DNA of 64,000 nt from Chlamydiota bacterium (GTDB lineage Bacteria; Chlamydiota; Chlamydiia; Chlamydiales; SM23-39): NCBI GenBank assembly GCA_048498835.1, contig JBEHXF010000001.1, forward strand, positions 32,001 to 96,000, written 5' to 3'. This document shows, in pieces, positions 31,680 through 42,149 of the stretch (positions are counted from its first letter, which is position 1; every line of letters begins with the position of its first letter). The translations under genes and the position numbers were made by a program. Under the pieces are notes generated by a model. The model was given only the letters and a program-made list of their open reading frames with translations. It made no database searches and had not been told where the DNA came from.

Positions 31680-31712
31680 ACACAAGACTCCTTACTAAAT
31701 TTTTTGGAGCCA

Positions 31713-31741
31713 ATCGTAGGGTATAACTCGATTTTAGTCAA
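31713..31741 (-). promoter_or_regulatory. Sigma70/sigma66-type promoter of groESL
   Basis: Minus strand reads TTGACT-N17-TACGAT. Confidence 0.75.
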
Positions 31742-31758
31742 GGAACTGAGACATGGTT

Positions 31759-31785
31759 TTAGCACTTAAAAACAAAAACTGCTAA
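31759..31785. promoter_or_regulatory. CIRCE element (HrcA operator)
   Basis: TTAGCACTT-N9-AACTGCTAA against the consensus TTAGCACTC-N9-GAGTGCTAA; lies just upstream of the groES -35 and overlaps the preceding stop codon. Confidence 0.85.
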
Positions 31786-33011
31786 TCTCGATAGAGTAGA
31801 TACTTTTCTCTCACTGTCATAAAGGCCTCTCTCTCGCCTTTTTGCAGTTCGATCAACTTCCAAGCAGGAAATTTTTCATCTGCTAAAATTTGATAAACCA
31901 TCTCCGTCCCGTTCGCTTTGCAAAACAGATCTTTTCCACCTGAGCTTTTGCCAAATCTCTCCATGAATTCTTTCGGATATAAGCTCTTGAGCATACCCAA
32001 GATCAAATATTGGACAGCAACAGGACGGTAGATCAAGCTATCGGTAATTTTAATCAAAACCCCCTGGCAGTTTACCCCTTTAAACATCCCCCAAAAAGGG
32101 CGATAATGAAAGGGCTGAAACATCACTCCAGGTAATTTCTGCGCATTTAATTTTTCCGCAAAATCAACTGCGTTGATCCAGGGAGCGCCAACAATTTTAA
32201 ACGGCAACGTGAAGCCGATGCCAATATTAGTCAGTTGCAGCTCGCCCATCAAACCGGTGGAAGGGCAAAACATCGGAGTATCAGGCTCTGGAACATTCGG
32301 GCTCGGCGGAATCCAATGAAGGCCCGTGTCGCGGAAGCTCATCTTTCTCAACCATCCCTTCATCGGTACAACGGTCAACTTACACCCAATCGAATACTCT
32401 GCATTGAAAAATTTCGCCAACTCTCCAATCGTCATTCCATGACAATAGGGAACATTGACATAACCGATGTACGAGCGCCACTTTTCTTCCAACATCAATC
32501 CATCGACAATCACGCCATTGATTGGATTTGGCCGATCTAAAACCACAACTTCAATGCCCAACTTCGCCGCTTCTTCCATCGCATAAAACAACGTTGTCGG
32601 ATACGTGTAAGCCCTTACACCCGTGCACTGGATATCATACACCAGCACATCCAGCCCTTTGAGCATCTCCGGTTTGGGCCGCCTCGTTTCACCATGTAAG
32701 CTGTAAACAGGCAAGTCCTGGAATTTACCATGCTGAACTGATTCCCAAGCGTAATGTTGACCGTTGATCCCATGCTCAGGAGAAAATAAAGCGATCACTT
32801 GATAAGTCCCTTCCTGCTCTAAGAAAAGATCGACCGTCGATCGCAGCTTGCTATCGACACCCGTATGATTGGTGATCAGTCCAATTTTTTTATCCTTCCA
32901 ATTAGCATAAATTTTTTCCTGGAAAAAGACATCGACGCCTGGACTCACCTGCGCGAAGAGAGTAGAACACAAAAAAAGAGCGAAAAACCAAACTCTGATC
33001 ATGCTCTCCAT
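31782..33011 (-). CDS. DUF1343/YbbC family protein (NamZ-like exo-beta-N-acetylmuramidase)
   Basis: Motifs GLITNHTG, LFSPEHG, SLHGETRRP, DRPNP and HGMTIGELA; signal peptide. The start could be 33002. Confidence 0.88.
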   Translation of the reverse strand: MESMIRVWFFALFLCSTLFAQVSPGVDVFFQEKIYANWKDKKIGLITNHTGVDSKLRSTVDLFLEQEGTYQVIALFSPEHGINGQHYAWESVQHGKFQDLPVYSLHGETRRPKPEMLKGLDVLVYDIQCTGVRAYTYPTTLFYAMEEAAKLGIEVVVLDRPNPINGVIVDGLMLEEKWRSYIGYVNVPYCHGMTIGELAKFFNAEYSIGCKLTVVPMKGWLRKMSFRDTGLHWIPPSPNVPEPDTPMFCPSTGLMGELQLTNIGIGFTLPFKIVGAPWINAVDFAEKLNAQKLPGVMFQPFHYRPFWGMFKGVNCQGVLIKITDSLIYRPVAVQYLILGMLKSLYPKEFMERFGKSSGGKDLFCKANGTEMVYQILADEKFPAWKLIELQKGEREAFMTVREKYLLYRD

Positions 33012-33097
33012 TATGTCAGCTCACGAAATTTCACAAAACTTTTTGATAAAGTTTCTTAAATATGCTATAGCTAAACGCACTTTATCGCAGAGGTTTC

Positions 33098-36000
33098 ATG
33101 TCCACATCTTTTTCCTCCGATCTCGAAGAAGCCGCCGAGATTCTCGATTCCGTCAAAGGCAAACCACAGTCTGTTGAAGAGAGAAAGAGACTGAGCATTG
33201 ATCTCGCCGCTCTCATGCTCCGAGAAGCCGCCAAGATCATGACCCATCAAGAAAAAGCGATACAAGCACAACTCACCCGACTCATGCGCGATCCGGTTGG
33301 AAAAGCTTTCACAACTGCGATGACCGATGAATGCTTCCGCAGTTCGAATAACAAGCGCGTCGCCGACCAAATGATCTACCTCCTCCATCAACTCGGCGTT
33401 CCCCAATATCTCGATTGGTTCAAAAGAACCCAACTTTACACATTCCGCGGACTCTCTCCCGCTGTCGCCGGCCTCCTCATCCCGTTTGCTACCTACGAAC
33501 TGCGCAAACAAACCGAGCGCGTCATTCTCCCCGGCGAGCAAAAACTATTGAACAAGCACATTCAGGAAAGAAGATCTGAAGGGGTTAAGCTCAACCTCAA
33601 TCACCTCGGCGAAGCCATTCTAAGCGAGACAGAGGCGAAAAAAAGGCTCCAAACCTACCTTGACGATCTAACCAATCCTGACATCGATTACATCTCCGTT
33701 AAAATTTCGACGATCTTTAGCCAGATCAACCTCCTCTCTTGGGATTCCACTGTTCAGGGCATCTCCGAACGCCTGAAATTGCTCTATCGCGCCGCAATGA
33801 AACACCCCGTCACCCGACCCGATGGACGCAAAGAGAATAAATTCATCAATCTCGATATGGAAGAATACCGAGATCTGCGACTAACTGCTGATGTATTTAA
33901 AGCTGTCCTCGATGAACCAGAATTCCATCACCTCTCTGCTGGCATCGTATTACAAGCCTACTTGCCCGATTCGTTCCCCATGCAAAAAGAGCTCACAGAA
34001 TGGGCGAAAAAAAGAATCCAACAAGGCGGAGCGCGCATCAAAATCCGCATTGTAAAAGGGGCTAATCTTGCGATGGAACAATTCGAAGCCTCCCTCAAAG
34101 GATGGCCACAAGCTCCTTATGCAACAAAACTCGAAGTCGACGCGAATTATAAACGGATGGTCACCTACGGCTGCATCCCCGAAAATGCCCGCGCCGTCCA
34201 TCTCGGCGTCGCCAGCCACAATCTCTTTGACATCGCCTATGCGATGCTTCTCCGCGTGGAAAACCAAGTAGAGCCCTATGTGGGTTTTGAAATGCTCGAG
34301 GGCATGGCCGATCACATTCGACGCGTTGTGCAAAAACTCACCGGAGATATCCTCCTTTATTGCCCTGTCGCGACGAAAGAAGAATTCCAACACGCGATCG
34401 CTTATTTGATTCGCCGCCTCGACGAAAATACGGGACCCGAAAACTTCCTGCGTCACGTCTTCGGACTCAAACCAGGCACAGAAAGTTGGGAGAGTCAAAC
34501 AGCTCTCTTTAGCCAAGCCTGCGATGAAGTAGACACCACCTACGCGCATCCAAGGCGCCAACAAAATAGGCTGAAACACCCGACTGCACCCGAACCACAC
34601 ACCCCCTTTGAAAACGAATCCGACACCGATTTTGCCCTCCCACAAAACCGCGCTTGGGCCGAATCCATTGCTCACACTTGGAAACATCCCAAAGTGAAAC
34701 CCCTTCCAATCGTCATCTGTGGGAAAGAAGTATACGACAATCAAGATGGAATCGGTTACAGCCCAAACGATCCCTCCCAACCTCTTTATCATTACACCAA
34801 AGCGAGCAAACACCACATCGAAGAAGCCCTCCAATGTGCAAAAAAACATGAAAAAGAATGGGCGGCTACAACCGTTGAACACAGAAGCAATCTTCTCGCT
34901 CGAGTGGCCGAAAAATTCCGTGAGCGAAGAGGGGAATTCATCGGCGTTATGATGGCCGATGCTGGGAAAATCGTCACCGAATCCGATCCAGAAGTATCAG
35001 AGGCGATCGATTTTGCTGAATACTACCGTCGCCAAGCAGAAAAAATGGCTGCGATGAAAGACATTCAGTGGAAACCAAAAGGAACCGTGCTCGTCACCTC
35101 TCCGTGGAACTTCCCTGCAGCGATTCCCGCAGGCGGTATCTTAGCCGCTCTCGTCACTGGAAACTGCGTCCTCTTTAAACCCGCCTCCGATACGGTACTT
35201 GTCGCTTGGCATCTGGCCAACGCAATTTGGGATGCAGGCATCCCTAAAGAGATCTTCCAATTCGTTCCATGCTCAGGAGAAGGTGTTGGTTCTACCCTCA
35301 TCAAAGACCCACGTATCAATTGCGTCATCCTCACAGGCGGAACAGATACAGCGAAAAAATTCCTCGAAATGCGTCCTGGCCTCGATCTCGCCGCCGAAAC
35401 GGGTGGTAAAAACTCCATGATTGTAACCGCTCTCGCAGACCGAGATCTCGCCATCAAAGACCTCATCCAATCAGCTTTCGGACACTGCGGACAAAAATGC
35501 TCTGCTACGTCGCTTGCCGTCTTAGAAGCTGAAGTCTATGACGATCCACATTTCCGTCGTCACTTACGTGAAGCCGTCGAGTGTCTCAAGCTCGGACCTA
35601 CATGGAATCTCTCCACCAAGCTCGGACCCCTAATTCACCCTCCTCGCGGAGTCTTGAAACAAGGCCTGACAACACTTGAACCTGGCGAAGAGTGGCTCCT
35701 TGAACCCAAAGTTGATGAGAATAATCCCTGCCTTTGGAGTCCCGGCATTAAACTCGGTGTCCGCCCTGACAGCTTTACCCACATGACCGAACTCTTTGGG
35801 CCTGTTCTCGGACTCATGAGAGCCGACAATCTCGCTCATGCCATTGAACTTGCCAACGCAGTACCCTTTGGCCTCACCACGGGACTCCAAAGTCTCGATA
35901 ATCGCGAACAATCGTTTTGGATTGATCGGATCGAAGCGGGAAACCTCTACATCAACCGCACAACGACCGGTGCGATCGTCCGCCGCCAACCTTTCGGCGG

Positions 36001-36709
36001 GACCAAAGCCAGCTGCTTTGGCAATGGTTCAAAGGCCGGAGGACCCAACTATCTCCGCGAGTTTATGAAGGCCACTCAGATTGGGTTGCCTCAAGAAAAA
36101 GCTCCCGTAAACGAATGGGTCAATAGCCTCACAACTTTCCTTGAGAAAATTGAACTCACCGCAGAACAACTCGGACAATGGACTGCCAGCGTTTCGAACT
36201 ACGCTTACTGGTGGAAAAGACTCCGCCAAGATCGAGATCCCACGAAGATCGTAGGCCAAGACAATTTCTTCCGCTACATTCCACGCAAAAACATCATTCT
36301 ACGCTTGGAAAAAGAATCCCCCGCGATTGACGCACTCCGAGTATGCGCTGCCGCGCTCACCGTAGGAGCTGGCCTTGAAATCAGCTGGTCACACGACGCT
36401 TCGCAACAATCAGAGCTCAATTGGCTGGAACTCGTTCCAGTTCTCGATGTGAAAGAAGAAGAGGAATCAGAATTTCTCGAGCGAGTCCGTCAAGGCAAGA
36501 TGCAGCGAATCCGCCTCGTTGGCCATCCCTCTCAAGCCCTGAAGGAGGCTGCCGCCGAGGCCGCTATCCTTCTCATCGATGCGCCGGTATTAGCAAACGG
36601 AAGACTCGAACTTCTCCACTATCTCAGAGAAGTTTCTCTCTCAATCGATTACCACCGTTACGGCAATCTCGGCTTAAGAGAAGGGGAGCTGCGAAAGCCT
36701 ATCCAATGA
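33098..36709 (+). CDS. putA: Bifunctional proline dehydrogenase / P5C dehydrogenase
   Basis: PRODH motifs LDMEE, QAYL, RIVKGAN, ASHN and YLIRRLDEN; ALDH motifs PWNFP, ETGGKN, GQKCS, ELFGP and QPFGG. Confidence 0.96.
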   Translation: MSTSFSSDLEEAAEILDSVKGKPQSVEERKRLSIDLAALMLREAAKIMTHQEKAIQAQLTRLMRDPVGKAFTTAMTDECFRSSNNKRVADQMIYLLHQLGVPQYLDWFKRTQLYTFRGLSPAVAGLLIPFATYELRKQTERVILPGEQKLLNKHIQERRSEGVKLNLNHLGEAILSETEAKKRLQTYLDDLTNPDIDYISVKISTIFSQINLLSWDSTVQGISERLKLLYRAAMKHPVTRPDGRKENKFINLDMEEYRDLRLTADVFKAVLDEPEFHHLSAGIVLQAYLPDSFPMQKELTEWAKKRIQQGGARIKIRIVKGANLAMEQFEASLKGWPQAPYATKLEVDANYKRMVTYGCIPENARAVHLGVASHNLFDIAYAMLLRVENQVEPYVGFEMLEGMADHIRRVVQKLTGDILLYCPVATKEEFQHAIAYLIRRLDENTGPENFLRHVFGLKPGTESWESQTALFSQACDEVDTTYAHPRRQQNRLKHPTAPEPHTPFENESDTDFALPQNRAWAESIAHTWKHPKVKPLPIVICGKEVYDNQDGIGYSPNDPSQPLYHYTKASKHHIEEALQCAKKHEKEWAATTVEHRSNLLARVAEKFRERRGEFIGVMMADAGKIVTESDPEVSEAIDFAEYYRRQAEKMAAMKDIQWKPKGTVLVTSPWNFPAAIPAGGILAALVTGNCVLFKPASDTVLVAWHLANAIWDAGIPKEIFQFVPCSGEGVGSTLIKDPRINCVILTGGTDTAKKFLEMRPGLDLAAETGGKNSMIVTALADRDLAIKDLIQSAFGHCGQKCSATSLAVLEAEVYDDPHFRRHLREAVECLKLGPTWNLSTKLGPLIHPPRGVLKQGLTTLEPGEEWLLEPKVDENNPCLWSPGIKLGVRPDSFTHMTELFGPVLGLMRADNLAHAIELANAVPFGLTTGLQSLDNREQSFWIDRIEAGNLYINRTTTGAIVRRQPFGGTKASCFGNGSKAGGPNYLREFMKATQIGLPQEKAPVNEWVNSLTTFLEKIELTAEQLGQWTASVSNYAYWWKRLRQDRDPTKIVGQDNFFRYIPRKNIILRLEKESPAIDALRVCAAALTVGAGLEISWSHDASQQSELNWLELVPVLDVKEEEESEFLERVRQGKMQRIRLVGHPSQALKEAAAEAAILLIDAPVLANGRLELLHYLREVSLSIDYHRYGNLGLREGELRKPIQ

Positions 36710-38771
36710 TTTGATTAAAAGCCTTTTGAACCGCTTCGCTGTTTTTATGATCATTCGTCTCATCGAATAAAACGCGAAGCGATTCATGATTAAATTGCCA
36801 GCAAATGACCAGATCCCAGCGCATCTTTTTCAATAACTGCTCTGCCTCTAAAAGCTTGCCAATCATTTTCAAACAAACCGGATCGCCGCTCTTACACACC
36901 TTCGCCCGTTCAATTAAATCAAGCAATCCCTGTTCAGATTGAAAAGCTTTCGACTTTACATAGAGCTTTGGCAGTAAGTTCTCAATCGATGTACGAAAAA
37001 CTTTAATATTTTTCCCCTCATCTTCGCAATTGAGTAATCGCTGTAATCCTTTCGCATTAAAAGTCTTCTTCAAAGCTTCTTGCAATGAGATTGGATCCCG
37101 CTGAATACGACTGCTGATTTGAATCAACATCTCAGCTAATTTCACCATTTTTATATCTGCTAAGCGCGGCAATTGCGCCTGTACATATTCCACAGCAAAT
37201 CCAAAGAGCGTCCCATCTTGAAAGAAAGGGATCGAATTTAAAACTTGATCAATACTTCCCTTCTCCACCACAGACTTTGGCTCCAAATTCAAAGGATCGG
37301 TGAGTGCAATCAATCGCTCCAACGCCTTGGCTTGAATCTTTCCGTAAACGGGCAATAAGTAAAGCACAGCTGTCTTAAAATCATAAGTCATGAAATCCAT
37401 CAGCAACGATACGTCGAGCAGAAAATCGATCAGCCTTTTCTCTTTCTTGGAATAGGTTTTTTTAAACATCAGCTCAAAATCGAATTTTGTTTTCGCCAAA
37501 AGCGCAATGAAATCAGTGGCTGTTTGCGCCTGATGAAAAGGCGGTTGAGTTAGCACTTCAGGTAAACCACTTGCACTAGGCGTTCTGGGAGGTGTATGTA
37601 ATTTCCCCACTGTCTGGTCTTTCAGCAATTGATCAAAGACCTTAATCACTAAATTTCGATCGGAACGAATGAGTTCCCTAAAACATTCTTCCATTAAAAC
37701 ATTCGATTTTTTACTCGAATACTTCATTTGCAAGTGAAATTGGATCAGTCGATCGACTATTTTCTTCATTTTTGAAGAGGGGAAATTCTTCTCATAACCA
37801 GCGATGAATAAATGCTTCATCACAACAGCCCCTTGCACCATTTTCCTACATTCGTGACGATCGCGCAGCATTTCTGGATAAATCGAATCATCATTTAATC
37901 CAATTACTGTATGGGATCGAGCGTGAAGCATCGGCCGAGCAATTTCAAATACCTTCTCTTCCGTGGCAGAATTTGATCGTTGCAAAGTCCACTCCTCAGG
38001 AAGAGAAGGGCGAGGCACCTTTTGATTCGGCCATTCGATTTTCATCCATTTATCGACATAATATTCGAGCATCGATTGCCTGGTGCAGCCCGCTTTCCAC
38101 CTCTGAAAAAACTCTAAATCAAGATCGGTGATAACCTTAGCTAACACCTTTTTTCCCAACGCTCTTTCCAACGCTTGATCAAATGGCATGGATTCAAGCA
38201 GAGATAAAACGCCAACCACCTGCCGAGCCAATTTCTTTTCCGTGCTATCATCGATTCCCATTTGTAAAGCTAGCTTTACATGTTCGGCAAATGAAACAAA
38301 CGCCCTTTCATTTTGAAGGACCTCAATCGGAAATACAGAGCTGCTAATGAGCCGCGCAGCCACTATCTTAGCTTTTTTTTCCTGCATTGATGGACTGACT
38401 CTTTGCAAATTGGAAGAAACCACAACATCGGTATCTGGAATGGCAATCTTTAAGGTCGGTTTTTTTCTCGCCACAACCGGCTCTCTTTTCTCGGGCGATT
38501 TGGAACGAGTTCCCTCAATCAATTTCGTGACATATGCATTCACTTTATCCGAATCAAAGGGAGTAATTTGAGTCTTTAAACTCTGCAAAAACAAAGCTTC
38601 ATCTTCAGAAACTTCAGTCAATGCCCGTAAAATGGACAGTTCTTCTTCAGATCTTGCTTCAAATTTAGCCGCTCGTAAGGCAAACTTTGCCTTTTGACGC
38701 AACGGAGCATAGGCTTCTGCCGAAACAAAGTAACGTTTAAGGTCGCTTTTTGACACCGGACTCGCCATCAT
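36699..38771 (-). CDS. Hypothetical 690-aa protein (effector-like orphan)
   Basis: Long ORF with SD sequence GGAGG, no recognised domain, and a Ser/Pro-containing N-terminus. Confidence 0.75.
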   Translation of the reverse strand: MMASPVSKSDLKRYFVSAEAYAPLRQKAKFALRAAKFEARSEEELSILRALTEVSEDEALFLQSLKTQITPFDSDKVNAYVTKLIEGTRSKSPEKREPVVARKKPTLKIAIPDTDVVVSSNLQRVSPSMQEKKAKIVAARLISSSVFPIEVLQNERAFVSFAEHVKLALQMGIDDSTEKKLARQVVGVLSLLESMPFDQALERALGKKVLAKVITDLDLEFFQRWKAGCTRQSMLEYYVDKWMKIEWPNQKVPRPSLPEEWTLQRSNSATEEKVFEIARPMLHARSHTVIGLNDDSIYPEMLRDRHECRKMVQGAVVMKHLFIAGYEKNFPSSKMKKIVDRLIQFHLQMKYSSKKSNVLMEECFRELIRSDRNLVIKVFDQLLKDQTVGKLHTPPRTPSASGLPEVLTQPPFHQAQTATDFIALLAKTKFDFELMFKKTYSKKEKRLIDFLLDVSLLMDFMTYDFKTAVLYLLPVYGKIQAKALERLIALTDPLNLEPKSVVEKGSIDQVLNSIPFFQDGTLFGFAVEYVQAQLPRLADIKMVKLAEMLIQISSRIQRDPISLQEALKKTFNAKGLQRLLNCEDEGKNIKVFRTSIENLLPKLYVKSKAFQSEQGLLDLIERAKVCKSGDPVCLKMIGKLLEAEQLLKKMRWDLVICWQFNHESLRVLFDETNDHKNSEAVQKAFNQIIG

Positions 38772-38902
38772 ACCCTCCGATAATGTAAAGAAATCAATAA
38801 CACTAAATTAATATTTGATCAAGATAGCGATCTCCACACCTAGTTTTGTAGAACTATTTGTTCCGATCTCTTAACATATCTCTCCAGATGGCTGAAGCAC
38901 TT

Positions 38903-40984
38903 ATGACACAATTGAATCCTCAACAAGAAATCGCAGTGAACCACGTTGAGGGCCCCCTCCTCGTCTTAGCTGGTGCTGGATCAGGTAAAACACGCGTAGT
39001 CACTTACCGAATCAGCCACCTCATTGACCTCGGCGTACCACCTACTGACATCCTAGCAGTTACCTTCACCAATAAAGCCGCCGCCGAAATGCGTACGCGC
39101 GTACGCATCATTAAAAATGCCCAAGTGCTGACGTGTACCTTCCATAGCTTAGGCGCGCGCATTCTCCGCGAATCAATCCACCACCTCGGCTATAAACCCG
39201 ACTTCACCATTTATGATGAAGACGACAGCGAAAAACTCCTGAAAAACTGTCTTGAACAGCTCCAGCTAACGGAAGAAAAAGGTCTCTTGAAAGAGATGAG
39301 ACAACAGATCTCTTCGGCCAAAAACAATCTTCTTTCCCCTGATGAAATCACCGACAAACTCCCCCAGCAAGTCTACACTCTCTATCAAGCAAAACTCAAA
39401 GAGTGCAACGCTCTTGATTTCGATGATCTTCTCTACCTCACTGTAAAACTTTTGCAAGAAAGCTCACAGGCCCGCCACCTCTACCAAACTCGCTGGCAAT
39501 TCGTCCTCATTGACGAATACCAAGACACCAATTTCGCTCAATACACACTCGCCAAAACACTGGTCGAAAAACACAACAATCTCTTCGCCGTAGGCGATCC
39601 TGACCAATCGATCTATTCCTGGCGTGGCGCTCGCTATCAAAATATTCTCAATTTCGAACGGGATTTTCCCGGAGCCAAAGTCGTTACGCTCGATCAAAAC
39701 TACCGCAGCACAAACCATATCCTTCAAGCCGCTAACGCGCTCATCGAACACAATCCAAATCGATACGAAAAAAAGCTTTGGAGCGCCCATGGTTCTGGCG
39801 ACAAAATTGGCGTATTTATCGCACAAAGTGAAAAACAAGAAGCGGAGTTCGTCGCTCAGCGAATTTATCGACACATCGCCGATCAACACATTTCTTACGA
39901 CGACGTCGCCATCTTCTACCGAACTAACGCCCAATCTCGCCCCTTTGAAGATGCGCTCCTTTCCCGTCGCATTCCCTACACCATCATCGGCGGCCTCTCA
40001 TTCTATGCTCGGCGCGAAATCAAGGACATCCTCGCCTTCCTTCGCCTCGTTATTTCCAATACCGACCTCATCTCTTTCCTCCGCACCATCAATCTTCCCA
40101 AACGAGGTCTCGGCCCAACCGCTCTCGATAAACTAATGGAAGGAGCAGCTCAACGCGGACAACCCATTCTCTCTTTTTGCGCCGACCTCCCTTCCGACTT
40201 CAAACTCAGCGCAAAACAACAGCAAGGTCTTTCCGACTATCTCAGAATCATCCGTACCCTCCGAGATAAACGCCCCGCAATCAAAATCCACGAGCTCATC
40301 GCAGAAACCATTGCCGAGACACGCTACCTACAATTTTTGCAAGAAGATCCCGAAACGCTCCAAGATCGAAAAGAAAATATAGACGAGCTCATCGGAAAAG
40401 CGGCCGAATGGGAAGAAGAGCACGAACAGCCCACCCTCCAAGCTTTCCTAGAAGAGCTCTCTCTTCGCTCGTCCGCCGATGAAAAGACCAATCTCCCTGC
40501 AGTCAAAATGATGACGCTGCACAACAGCAAAGGCCTCGAATTCCCACTCGCTTTTCTAGTAGGACTCGAAGAAGACCTCTTCCCACACATCAATTCAAAA
40601 GATAACATTGAAGCACTAGAAGAAGAGCGGCGCCTCTGTTATGTCGGCATGACCCGTGCCATGCGCAATCTCTACCTCACTGCAGCTACCTACCGCTTCA
40701 TGTGGGGAACAGCTCGTTCCATGATTCGCTCTCGCTTTTTCAAAGAAATTCCCGCTGAACATCTTCAAAATCTCTCGCCTCACAATCAAACGCCCCATTT
40801 TGAAGAACCTTCTAATCCAGAAGGGTTCTCCATCGGCGAAAAAGTCTATCACCAACAGTTTGGATCAGGAACGATTCAAAGAGTTTTCCAAAGCTCTTTT
40901 GGCCTAACCTACGAAGTGCTCTTCCCGGAATCCGACACGACACGTACTCTTGTTGCCAAATTCGCCAAACTCCGCTCAGAATAG
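38903..40984 (+). CDS. uvrD: ATP-dependent DNA helicase UvrD/PcrA
   Basis: Motifs AGAGSGKT, TFTNKAA, DEYQDTN, VGDPDQSIY, QNYRS, KGLEF and EERRLCYVGMTRA. Confidence 0.96.
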   Translation: MTQLNPQQEIAVNHVEGPLLVLAGAGSGKTRVVTYRISHLIDLGVPPTDILAVTFTNKAAAEMRTRVRIIKNAQVLTCTFHSLGARILRESIHHLGYKPDFTIYDEDDSEKLLKNCLEQLQLTEEKGLLKEMRQQISSAKNNLLSPDEITDKLPQQVYTLYQAKLKECNALDFDDLLYLTVKLLQESSQARHLYQTRWQFVLIDEYQDTNFAQYTLAKTLVEKHNNLFAVGDPDQSIYSWRGARYQNILNFERDFPGAKVVTLDQNYRSTNHILQAANALIEHNPNRYEKKLWSAHGSGDKIGVFIAQSEKQEAEFVAQRIYRHIADQHISYDDVAIFYRTNAQSRPFEDALLSRRIPYTIIGGLSFYARREIKDILAFLRLVISNTDLISFLRTINLPKRGLGPTALDKLMEGAAQRGQPILSFCADLPSDFKLSAKQQQGLSDYLRIIRTLRDKRPAIKIHELIAETIAETRYLQFLQEDPETLQDRKENIDELIGKAAEWEEEHEQPTLQAFLEELSLRSSADEKTNLPAVKMMTLHNSKGLEFPLAFLVGLEEDLFPHINSKDNIEALEEERRLCYVGMTRAMRNLYLTAATYRFMWGTARSMIRSRFFKEIPAEHLQNLSPHNQTPHFEEPSNPEGFSIGEKVYHQQFGSGTIQRVFQSSFGLTYEVLFPESDTTRTLVAKFAKLRSE

Positions 40985-41006
40985 GGTCTATCTGATCGAT
41001 AGACCC
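40984..41006. terminator. Hairpin between convergent uvrD and mtnA
   Basis: GGGTCTATC-tgatc-GATAGACCC, a 9-bp stem. Confidence 0.7.
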
Positions 41007-41014
41007 CAAACAAT

Positions 41015-42076
41015 CTAATAGTTTACAATCTCTTCAGCTAAGACTGAACCGACATCAAGCACGTAGCTTGTCACAAGCTCTGCAGGAGTGACATCAAAAG
41101 CGGGGTTAAACACCGGCGCTTTGGCTGGACTCCAGCAAACCTGACCAAAGCTACCCGCCGCCCCACGAACTTCTGCAGCGGAACGCTCTTCAATCCTAAT
41201 CTTCGTTCCATCCACGCATTTCGTATCAATCGTAGTATATGGCGCTACCACATGGAAGGGGACGCCATGATAATGAGCAAGCACAGCCAATGAATAGGTC
41301 CCAATTTTATTCGCAAAATCACCATTAGCCGCAATCCGATCGGCGCCGACAAAAATCCGATCGATCTCACCCCGCTTCATCAACGAGGCTGCCATATTGT
41401 CACAAATCAAAGTGTATGGAATTCCATTCTGCTCCAATTCCCAAGCAGTCAATCGTCCGCCTTGTAGTAAAGGTCTGGTTTCACAAACATACACATGGAT
41501 ATTTTTCCCCTGCGCATGAGCCACCTTAATCACTCCCAACGCCGTTCCAACACCCGCTGTCGCTAAGCTACCGGTATTGCAATAAGTCATAATCCGCTCG
41601 CCAGGTTGCACTAAATTAGCTCCTGCCTCTGCCATCGACAAGCACAGAGCAGTATCCTCATGGAAAATTTCTTCCGTTGTTTGCAACACAGCTGTCCGAA
41701 AATCTTCGCGTCCTTTCATCGCTTCTAAGACTCGATCAATACAATAACCCAAGTTCACAGCCGTTGGCCGAGCATTTTTCAGCAACTTTGCAGCATCCAC
41801 TATTTCTTCTCGTGTACATCCCTGTTCTGCCATTTGACTCAGCGACAAAATAGCTGAAATACCAATCAAAGGAGCGCCACGAACCTTTAATCCCACAATC
41901 ACATCCACCATTTCCTCTGGCGATTTCACATCAATCCATTCTTCCTCCAAAGGCAGTTTCTGTTGGTTTAACACCATCAAAGCTCCATCTTTGTAACGAA
42001 TCGCCAAGCTCTCTAAAGCCAGCGAAAAAGTGAAAATAGGAAGCGTCATCATCATCGCTAAAATCATTCGCATCAT
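41015..42076 (-). CDS. mtnA: S-methyl-5-thioribose-1-phosphate isomerase with a hydrophobic N-terminal extension
   Basis: Motifs VRGAPLIG, ARPTAVNL, CNTGSLAT, ETRPLLQGGRLTAWEL, GADRIAANGD.ANKIGT and NPAFDVTP. SD sequence GGAGG precedes ATG 42076/42073. Confidence 0.95.
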   Translation of the reverse strand: MMRMILAMMMTLPIFTFSLALESLAIRYKDGALMVLNQQKLPLEEEWIDVKSPEEMVDVIVGLKVRGAPLIGISAILSLSQMAEQGCTREEIVDAAKLLKNARPTAVNLGYCIDRVLEAMKGREDFRTAVLQTTEEIFHEDTALCLSMAEAGANLVQPGERIMTYCNTGSLATAGVGTALGVIKVAHAQGKNIHVYVCETRPLLQGGRLTAWELEQNGIPYTLICDNMAASLMKRGEIDRIFVGADRIAANGDFANKIGTYSLAVLAHYHGVPFHVVAPYTTIDTKCVDGTKIRIEERSAAEVRGAAGSFGQVCWSPAKAPVFNPAFDVTPAELVTSYVLDVGSVLAEEIVNY

Positions 42077-42149
42077 AACCTCCGGTAAACGAAAAACCAA
42101 AAAATCTAACCCTTTTACTTTCAGCCGTCAATGATTTATCCTCTTTGCC

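Noticed and set aside
31759..31785. CIRCE located upstream of the -35 rather than downstream of the promoter
   Set aside because: This matches the known chlamydial groESL arrangement, so it is annotated as a feature but is not novel.
33950..34882. 310-aa antisense ORF inside putA (likewise 49587..50285 in topA and many shorter ones)
   Set aside because: Shadow ORFs on the strand opposite well-supported genes, with no recognisable motifs.
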